DNA of 38,480 bases from Microthrixaceae bacterium (lineage in GTDB: Bacteria > Actinomycetota > Acidimicrobiia > Acidimicrobiales > Microtrichaceae), in NCBI GenBank assembly GCA_044228005.1, contig JBGAVR010000031.1, forward strand, positions 1 through 38,480. The letters are read 5' to 3'. The position numbers and the translations under genes were made by a program. Numbering within the stretch: the stretch's first letter is position 1; the number at the start of each line of letters is the position of its first letter. Of this stretch, positions 9,901 through 15,609 are shown in pieces. The notes under the pieces were generated by a model. The model did no database searches and had not been told where the DNA came from. It saw nothing but the letters and a program-made list of their open reading frames with translations.

Positions 9901-10014
9901 AATTCCGCTCGGTGTTGTTCCAAGCCAAACCAGGTCATCGAGGCGAAGAGTTTCCTGAGCGGAACTTGACGCACTGAGGGAACTCAGCGCTTGAAGTAGT
10001 GCCTGTGTCTGCAT
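6991..10014 (-). CDS. Upf1/DNA2-like SF1 helicase (AAA_11/AAA_12) fused to C-terminal DUF559/Vsr-like PD-(D/E)xK endonuclease domain, with an uncharacterised ~330-aa N-terminal region
   Basis: Walker A GAPGTGKTHT (aa 343-350, nt ~8965-8988), DEASQ box (VVVDEASQV), GDPQQL motif, and a helicase C-terminal motif TTHGFQGAERSHVLIV. The C-terminal ~100 aa (GRHVVDLVLEYETNVIGVL...GWDVVDLI) resemble DUF559 restriction-endonuclease-like domains. Confidence 0.8.
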   Translation of the reverse strand: MQTQALLQALSSLSASSSAQETLRLDDLVWLGTTPSGIDGFSDPFGLLSIRNNSLSSLANGQLSVLGPSGAALPTSNKILEHLQLRSNLAGDQSIRATWLVAVRNHPSETNSQQPRRVGLPLLQTRIELGNPPATLRPFSNLRTLPFSNSWTLRQATDWNLGVDIEDESAAEQVLNAAFSTSESASLEEGSHSTAMEEVHHWIRLLAAAIGWELDQITEAHPASIEPVEDRVTVCIGLGLVAPSPTSSFTQRAAVGRWASVEGIDETAFNSIAFPHAREHSTGLAAGQAAEPLEGPAGHSALIATHDSDVHSIATFEGLLPLSAAQRMIALSAATEPVTAVSGAPGTGKTHTLCAAICNAIAAGQSVLVATRSIEAAEVIAAQLGKQPGPPALRFGSPDALKSAISELDRRLAAPTPDLHAGDSKLEVQLEARTLEEQTLHARALELLAVVEAVETYLTDPEIIGGFREEFPPLFAPNADLERFTKTLNTARPVEGNWWVRQRRRVAIRRLNKRLSTPLKTDNEPHLARRLRHIGEAIAAAEASRSKPQLTEIGEELRRTLPRWFEATASLRLLRGQLLDQELLEQARSSSGRQVVSALSTALRSGAASRGKLIDTLNPQELLQAAPLWLGTLGEIERLLPKIAGLFDLVVVDEASQVELAVAAPGLLRAKRALIAGDPQQLRFVSFLSSEATHSAFAQADLLEHVARLDPARNSVFDLAASAAPVQWLDEHYRSAPHLIGFSAEHFYSNPLHLVTQSPHNLTLDCIHTHLVADNQSAIAEAIERTRALHREGVRSIGIISPFRDIVDQLTETALTDLSPELLADTNLMISTTHGFQGAERSHVLIVVGIDHTSPPGRARFLENANLFNVLVTRARNEIDVFATEVSEPSSLIGRYLTWARTPPDMRLSAAAARNATAETFGQACRFGGASVTNSFPVGRHVVDLVLEYETNVIGVLCGAHPDGAAAHLDRYAMLRQAGWDVVDLIPPDDPEQVVKLSAEITSRPRS

Positions 10015-10045
10015 GCGGATTTCAGGCTACCGAGAACCCGTCAGA

Positions 10046-10516
10046 TCAGTGATTCGCAAGCTCGCTCAGCATCTCGACGAGGTTCGATGCGCCATCTCTG
10101 CACTTCGGGGCCAGATCAAGGAGTTCGAGCACCGCCTCCCGAAGAATCTCCGTCGCGTTTGCGACAAGTTCCTGTCCCTCATCGGTGAGCGAGCAGCGAG
10201 TGAGGCGAGCGTCGCGCTGGTCCCGAGTTGTGGCGACACAGCCGATGCGTTCCAACGGCTGCAACGCGCGTGTGACCCCGGAAGCTGTGAGTCCAACCTG
10301 TCGCGCAAGGTCGATTCGACTTGCTCCAAGTGCGTTGGGGGACTGGCTGAGCGCGTGGAGGATTCGGTAGTCGGACAAGCTGAGTCCGACCAACGAGCCA
10401 AGCCTGGCTCCAAGTGTTCTCTCGGTGGTGGCCCATGCGGCGCCAAGGCTGAGGAGGAGTCGTTCAGGGTGAGTCGCGGTTGATGGCTTCTGTCTGGCGG
10501 CGGAAGTTCTAGGCAT
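10046..10516 (-). CDS. MarR family transcriptional regulator
   Basis: Winged-HTH core LSLSDYRILHALSQSPN...RIDLARQVGLTASGVTRALQPLERIGCV. It lies 31 bp upstream of, and co-directional with, the helicase-nuclease gene, and is divergent from the SRPBCC gene. Confidence 0.85.
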   Translation of the reverse strand: MPRTSAARQKPSTATHPERLLLSLGAAWATTERTLGARLGSLVGLSLSDYRILHALSQSPNALGASRIDLARQVGLTASGVTRALQPLERIGCVATTRDQRDARLTRCSLTDEGQELVANATEILREAVLELLDLAPKCRDGASNLVEMLSELANH

Positions 10517-10617
10517 CCCGCCATAGTACTTGAGTGCTCACGGAATACGCATGTTGTTTTCCTCCTTTCTGCGTCCGGTTCCTCCGCCTAGTCTCGGAGT
10601 CCAAGGAGGAGCGAGAC

Positions 10618-11415
10618 ATGAGCGAAGAACGGTCACTCGAAATCGAGGTGCAGGTGCCAGGCACCGCCGAGGAAGTCTGGAGGGCGATTGCCACTGGGCC
10701 AGGGATCTCCTCCTGGTACGTTCCGCATCAGGTCGAGGAACGCGAGGGCGGGGCCGCAGTTGCCTCCTTCGGCCCAGGTCCTGAAATGCAGATTGCAGGT
10801 CGGGTGGCAGTCTGGGATCCACCGAAGCGGATTCTCTTCGACAAGGGAGAGCCAGATGGTGACGAGGATCCCGGGCTTGCATTCGACTGGCGTGTCGAAC
10901 CTCATAACGACGGAACCTGCACCGTGCGGTTGATCAACACCGGCTTCGGGACCGGCGAAATGTGGGATGGTCAGTACGAAGGTATGAAGGAAGGGTGGAA
11001 GCTGTTCTTCTTCAACCTGAAGCTCCACATGGAGAACTTCGCCGGACAGTCCGCCACCGCAATTCTTCCAATGGCCATGTGGGAAGGGAACCAAGCGGAA
11101 GTGTGGTCCAAGCTGACCACCGATCTCGGGATCGATCCGGCCCCGAGCGTTGGAGACCGAGTCGAGACCTCCGGCGATGCTCCTCGATTGGCGGGCACCG
11201 TGGTGCAGGCGGACTCGTGGCGAATGGCGCTCCTATTGGACGAGCCAGCTGAAGGCACCGCATTCCTCGCGGCGGAGGGCGATGGTCCCTACGTTGGAGT
11301 GTCGGTGTGGTCGTATCTGTACGGCGATGCCGGTGCGGAGGCCGCTGCTACCGCTGAGCCTGCATGGTCGGAATGGCTCGGGGCTCGGGGGCCTTCGGAA
11401 CCTGAGGCTGAGTAG
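10618..11415 (+). CDS. SRPBCC (AHSA1/polyketide-cyclase-like) family protein
   Basis: ATG at 10618 preceded by AAGGAGGA. LEIEVQVPGTAEEVWRAIATGPGISSWY...DPPKRILF is the typical Activator-of-Hsp90-ATPase-like/START fold signature. The track's upstream extension is rejected. Confidence 0.75.
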   Translation: MSEERSLEIEVQVPGTAEEVWRAIATGPGISSWYVPHQVEEREGGAAVASFGPGPEMQIAGRVAVWDPPKRILFDKGEPDGDEDPGLAFDWRVEPHNDGTCTVRLINTGFGTGEMWDGQYEGMKEGWKLFFFNLKLHMENFAGQSATAILPMAMWEGNQAEVWSKLTTDLGIDPAPSVGDRVETSGDAPRLAGTVVQADSWRMALLLDEPAEGTAFLAAEGDGPYVGVSVWSYLYGDAGAEAAATAEPAWSEWLGARGPSEPEAE

Positions 11416-11455
11416 TTCAAAACAACGGTGCTGGGGCTAGGGGTGCGAGGGTGCT

Positions 11456-12052
11456 TCAGCTAGGCCCAGCTTCGTTGGTGCGGCCCACTTGCCGGTAGGA
11501 GGCAGCGAGGTTCGCTCGGGCGGTGAGCGTGTCGGGATGTTCGACACTGACGAGCTCAGCGGTTGTTTGGGCGCAGCGTTCGGCGAGGTCCGGGCGTGTT
11601 TGGGTGCCTACGGCGATAATGCCGTGAGCGACTTCAACCGTGTCGGTGGTGAGGACGAGAAGACCGAAATCGGCGAGTGATGCGAGCGTGCCACGCACCA
11701 AGTCGACATCACCGAATGGGTCGCTGTCGGCGAGCGCGGTGGTGAACCATGTTCGGTTGATGTTGCGCCAGTCGTGCGTGGACGCCACCGCGAGCGTGAG
11801 AGGAGCGAGCGGGTGCTGCTGTTGTAGCGTGGCGAGGGATTCGTTCTACACGGCGGCGACGGTTCGTTTGTAGCGTGCATCAGATTCGAGGTCGAGGTGT
11901 TTGATGCCTTCAAGATCGACCAGTTTGATGTACTCGGCGAGGGTGAGCCGGTTCCGGCAGCGTTTGCCGGCGAGATACAACGCAAGTGGGAGGTAGCCGA
12001 GCCGTTCGGCGAGGGCCGGGAGTTGGGGCGGCAGGCAGGTTGGCGGCGCCAA
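11456..12052 (-). pseudogene. Degraded remnant of a STAND NTPase (NB-ARC + TPR) gene
   Basis: Two same-frame fragments are separated by in-frame stops. One is LGYLPLALYLAG (the GLPLAL motif of the NB-ARC ARC1 subdomain). The other is a single TPR, EHPDTLTARANLAASYRQVGRTNEA. No P-loop region is present upstream: the other frames are R/S/P-rich gibberish, then the AT-rich islet. The TPR part is truncated after one repeat. Confidence 0.45.
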
Positions 12053-12299
12053 TCCACCCGACGAGCAGGACTGCGTCGGCGAGTGCTTGTTCGTGCACTT
12101 TTGCGGCGATCTGGGTTTGCCGACCCCACCGATTCAGCGACAGCGGTAAGGACAACGGTTGATGCGGTGCTGAGCTGTTCCAGCGCGGCGTCGCGGAGGC
12201 TGCACCTCGTGAGAAGGGCTCGAAGCGGTCGATCGGCTGTTGGAAGGCCGACTGCTTGGAGACCGGCACGACTGGTCTGGCTGGTGGCAAGCGAGAAGC

Positions 12300-12379
12300 T
12301 ATATCTAGATGATCCACCCCTAAACGTTCAGGTATATCTAGACGAATGGATCTATTTCGCCTACTCTTAACTAGACGAA
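12300..12379. promoter_or_regulatory. AT-rich promoter/operator region with three CTAGAyGA-containing repeats spaced 33 bp apart (two are the 10-mer TATATCTAGA)
   Basis: TATATCTAGA at 12300-12309 and 12333-12342. CTAGACGAA at 12338-12346 and 12371-12379. Local GC is far below the window average. It sits immediately upstream of the HTH (protein A) gene. Confidence 0.45.
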
Positions 12380-12393
12380 CGAAGGACCTGGCT

Positions 12394-12843
12394 ATGGGCA
12401 GCAACAAGGCAATGGCTCGCTCAGCGCTCGAGCGGGACCTCGAACGACATCGCGACACGCCTACCCTCGCACCGCGCAGCGGCTGGATCCGAGCCATCCG
12501 CGATGCGCTCGGCATGTCTACGAGCGAGCTCGCCAGTCGCATGGGGGTATCGAAAGCGCGGATCGGCCAAATCGAGCGGGGAGAGCGTGAACGCACTATC
12601 ACCCTCGACACACTCGAGCGCACCGCCAACGCGCTTGGGTGCCGCGTCGAGTATGTCCTGGTCCCTCGCGAGCCGCTCGACAAACTCGTCTGGGCTCAGG
12701 CCATGGCGAAAGCCAGAGCAGAGATCGGGGCAGTCGATCACACCATGGAGCTCGAGGATCAGCGCCCTGATCCCAGCTCCACCGCGACGCGCATCCAGGA
12801 GGCCGCCCGCCAGCACATCGACAAGCGCGGCCTCTGGTCATGA
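12394..12843 (+). CDS. Mobile mystery protein A (XRE-like HTH partner of Fic protein; TIGR02612-like)
   Basis: ATG at 12394 with AAGGA upstream. RSGWIRAIRDALGMSTSELASRMGVSKARIGQIERGE is an XRE-type HTH matching the 'mobile mystery protein A' family. The stop overlaps the start of the next gene (ATGA). Confidence 0.7.
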   Translation: MGSNKAMARSALERDLERHRDTPTLAPRSGWIRAIRDALGMSTSELASRMGVSKARIGQIERGERERTITLDTLERTANALGCRVEYVLVPREPLDKLVWAQAMAKARAEIGAVDHTMELEDQRPDPSSTATRIQEAARQHIDKRGLWS

Positions 12844-13430
12844 GCGATCCGCTGTTCGACACCAGCGACGGCAACACGCCCATCGATGAGGACGAGGCAC
12901 TCGGACTTAAACTCACGTGGGTGCGCTCACGAGGCGACCTCAACGAAGCCGAAGCAGCAAACATTCTCGACGCCCGTCGTGCGATCCGCTCTCCAACTCT
13001 CGGCGAGGTACTCGACGACCTCTGGTTACGCCAGCTCCATTTTCGGATGTTCGGAGATGTCTGGACCTGGGCTGGAACATACCGGGTCAGCGATCGCAAC
13101 ATCGGCATCGACTGGACCGAGGTTACCGCTGCAGTTCGGAACCTCGTTCAGGACGCACAAGCCTGGATAGGAGACGACGAGCAGCACACGTCGGTCGCCC
13201 GGTTCCATCACCGACTAGTCGCTATCCACCCCTTCCCGAACGGCAACGGCCGCCACGCCCGCGCCGCGGCCGACTACCTCTCCAACGCCCTCAAGATCGC
13301 ACTACCAACTTGGGGCGCTCTCACCTACAACGACACCGCAAACCTGCGCGCCGCCTACCTCGCGGCGCTCCGCACCGCCGACCGCGCCACGAATGACCTC
13401 GAACCCCTCGTCGGCTTCATGTGGTCATAA
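12840..13430 (+). CDS. Mobile mystery protein B, Fic/Doc family (AMPylation/phosphotransfer domain)
   Basis: Canonical Fic motif HPFPNGNGRHAR (HPFx[DE]GNGR). 196 aa. Translationally coupled to protein A. Confidence 0.85.
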   Translation: MSDPLFDTSDGNTPIDEDEALGLKLTWVRSRGDLNEAEAANILDARRAIRSPTLGEVLDDLWLRQLHFRMFGDVWTWAGTYRVSDRNIGIDWTEVTAAVRNLVQDAQAWIGDDEQHTSVARFHHRLVAIHPFPNGNGRHARAAADYLSNALKIALPTWGALTYNDTANLRAAYLAALRTADRATNDLEPLVGFMWS

Positions 13431-13782
13431 GCCGCCAGTGGCGCCTGAGCATCTCCAAAGTGCACCTCTGGATGCCAAACGCTCGACCCAACCTCCAGCC
13501 TTCAACCCCCAACCGCGAAACGTGGTCGACCGCTGATCAAACCCGAACTCGGGCGGCTGGTCGCCGATCGCCGCAGAGAACCCTAACTGGGGCTAGTCGA
13601 GTGGGAGGCGCAAGGTCGGTTTCCCGGAGCGGTTCACGAGCGTCGCTGCGAATGCGATGAGCCGCGTTCGGGTCATCGAAGCTCGTCGATTCGGTCGATG
13701 TTGCTCGAAACTGTGCTTTACGAGAGCGCCTTCCGGAATGGTCGTTTGCACGGCGGAGGAAGCCATCACTCCGGCACCCCTC

Positions 13783-14421
13783 TCAGTCTCGGATCGATGC
13801 GTACTCAATCAACCGAGTGACCACCGCTTCGCTGGCCCTCGACAGATGCCCACAATCGAATGGCGGCTGTGGGTCGTACTCGATCCCAAGCTGCATTGCC
13901 TTCGCTGCGGTGTCATCAACGAGAAGCTCCGCGAGGCGGAGTGCCATGTCGATCCCTGACGAGACGCCTGCAGCGGTGATGATTCGTTGGTCAAGGTGCT
14001 CAACAACTCGAGCATCCGTTGGTATGGCACCTGTGGCTCCCAACTCGTCCATCGCCGCCCAGTGGGTGGTTGCAGCGAGGCCGTTGAGCAATCCAGCGGC
14101 TCCGAGCACCAGGGAACCAGTGCACACCGAGGTGGTGAACACTGAGGTGGCATAGCTCTGCACCAGCCAGTCGCAAACGATCTTGTCGTTCATGAGGGCT
14201 CGAGTTCCGACGCCACCTGGCATCACGACGACCTCGGGGTGTGGAACCTCGGCGAAGGTGGCGTCCACCGTGAGCCCGAGGAATCCGTTCTCGGTTCGAA
14301 TCTCGCCTCGCTGATGGCCAACGAATACCACCTCGAATTGAGGTAATCGTTGCAGCACCTCATAGGGCCCAATGGCGTCGAGTGCGGTCATTCGAGGGAA
14401 CAGGGCTATTGCAATCTGCAT
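13783..14421 (-). CDS. DJ-1/PfpI family protein (class-I glutamine amidotransferase-like)
   Basis: IAIALFPRMTALDAIGPYEV...VMPGG...ATSVCTGSLVLGAAGLL has the nucleophile-elbow Cys typical of DJ-1/PfpI. AAGGA RBS 8 nt upstream of ATG at 14421. Confidence 0.85.
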   Translation of the reverse strand: MQIAIALFPRMTALDAIGPYEVLQRLPQFEVVFVGHQRGEIRTENGFLGLTVDATFAEVPHPEVVVMPGGVGTRALMNDKIVCDWLVQSYATSVFTTSVCTGSLVLGAAGLLNGLAATTHWAAMDELGATGAIPTDARVVEHLDQRIITAAGVSSGIDMALRLAELLVDDTAAKAMQLGIEYDPQPPFDCGHLSRASEAVVTRLIEYASIRD

Positions 14422-14434
14422 GATGCTGTCCTTA

Positions 14435-14536
14435 TTGCTAGTGGTCGGGAATTGCTAGTGACGGGAGATGGCTACTGGTCGAGAGTTACTACTGGTCGAG
14501 AGTTGCTACTGGTCGGGTATTGCTAGTGGCTGAAAC
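14435..14536. repeat. 17-bp imperfect tandem repeat ×6 (consensus TTGCTACTGGTCGRGAR)
   Basis: Units at 14435-14451, 14452-14468, 14469-14485, 14486-14502, 14503-14519 and 14520-14536. The array fills the whole space between the GlxA stop (14523-14525; the last unit overlaps the final 4 codons) and the DJ-1 RBS/start. Confidence 0.75.
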
Positions 14537-15485
14537 GAGAACGGTAGGCCTCGGGGGACACTCCAACCTGGTCCGCCATGACGCGGCGAAGGGTTTCGGA
14601 GGACCCCAATCCGCAGTTCCGAGCGATGTGGTTGAGCGGGAGCGAGGTTGATTCGAGAAGGTCTCTCGCCGCATCAAGGCGGCGTTGTTGCACATACGCG
14701 GCCGGTGTCAAACCAGTCTCAGAACGAAACAGGCGTGCGAAATGGCGCTGGCTGAGCGCCACCTCGCCTGCAAGTGTCTCGACTCGCAAGTCCTCCGCGA
14801 GGTTCTGATGGATGAACTGCCGTGCTTGGGCGATCGCGCCATGTTGTGGTGGCGGGCCGGCGGTTGCTCGTGCGAATTGACGCTGACCGCCCGGCCGTCG
14901 GAGAAAGACAACCAGCCAGCAGGAGACGAGGTGGGCCACCTCAGGCCCAACGTCGGCGTCCACGAGCGCCAGTGCCAAGTCGATCCCAGCGGTCACGCCG
15001 GCCGATGACCAGATGTGGCCGTCCTGTCGGTAGATGGAGTCTCCGTCTACCGACACGGTAGGAAATCGCGAAGCGAGTTCCTCCGCGTAGGCCCAGTGAG
15101 TGGCGACAGTTCTTCCCGATAGTCGACCGGTGGCCGCAAGGAGGAAGGCTCCAGTACAGACAGTTGCCAACCGCGCAGCTTGCTGTGCAAGATCCTCTGC
15201 CATCTTGACTGTTGCCGGCTGCTCCGCTGCGGATCGAACGCCCCGGCCGCCCGGCAGAATGAGTGTGTCGAGCGCGCCAACCTCATGTGGTGGCACCACT
15301 GGGCCAATAGTGAGCCCTGTCTCACTGGCGCAGTTGGGCTCGCCGATCAGGATGACCTCATACCTCTCCGGAGACCCGGAGAGTTGCAGCGCATCATCGG
15401 CTCCTCGGAAGACCTCATAGGGTCCGACCACATCAAGGCCTTGGTATCCGGGAAACACCAGAATGCCAATTCGACGCGTTGCCAT
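14523..15485 (-). CDS. GlxA family transcriptional regulator (DJ-1/PfpI domain + AraC-type HTH)
   Basis: N-terminal RIGILVFPGYQGLDVVGPYEVF (DJ-1-like). C-terminal AraC HTH (IARNCGLGSSETLRRVMADQVGVSPEAYRSRF). Confidence 0.85.
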   Translation of the reverse strand: MATRRIGILVFPGYQGLDVVGPYEVFRGADDALQLSGSPERYEVILIGEPNCASETGLTIGPVVPPHEVGALDTLILPGGRGVRSAAEQPATVKMAEDLAQQAARLATVCTGAFLLAATGRLSGRTVATHWAYAEELASRFPTVSVDGDSIYRQDGHIWSSAGVTAGIDLALALVDADVGPEVAHLVSCWLVVFLRRPGGQRQFARATAGPPPQHGAIAQARQFIHQNLAEDLRVETLAGEVALSQRHFARLFRSETGLTPAAYVQQRRLDAARDLLESTSLPLNHIARNCGLGSSETLRRVMADQVGVSPEAYRSRFSH

Positions 15486-15609
15486 AGGTTCACACTCCTC
15501 GCATTGGACGATGGCGTCAATGACAAGACACCCACAGATTCAGCCATCCACGTACCGACCCACCATCTTGCAGCGATTCCGACCAGCGCTGGCTGGCTGG
15601 GTGTAGAAC

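Noticed and set aside
7111-9977. Multiple 60-200-aa ORFs on both strands inside the helicase-nuclease gene
   Set aside because: They are all nested in or antisense to a continuous 1007-aa ORF with ordered helicase motifs. This is typical spurious ORF density in GC-rich DNA.
10013-10483. 156-aa plus-strand ORF antisense to the MarR gene
   Set aside because: The MarR reading on the minus strand has the canonical winged-HTH. The plus-strand ORF has no motif and occupies the same DNA.
11910-12683. 257-aa minus-strand ORF overlapping the mobile mystery protein A gene
   Set aside because: Low-complexity Arg/Ser/Pro-rich translation, antisense to a gene with a clear HTH motif. It is a by-product of high-GC sequence.
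14435-14536. CRISPR array interpretation of the 17-bp repeats
   Set aside because: The units are directly abutting with no unique spacers, and the period is far shorter than CRISPR repeat+spacer. It is a simple tandem repeat.
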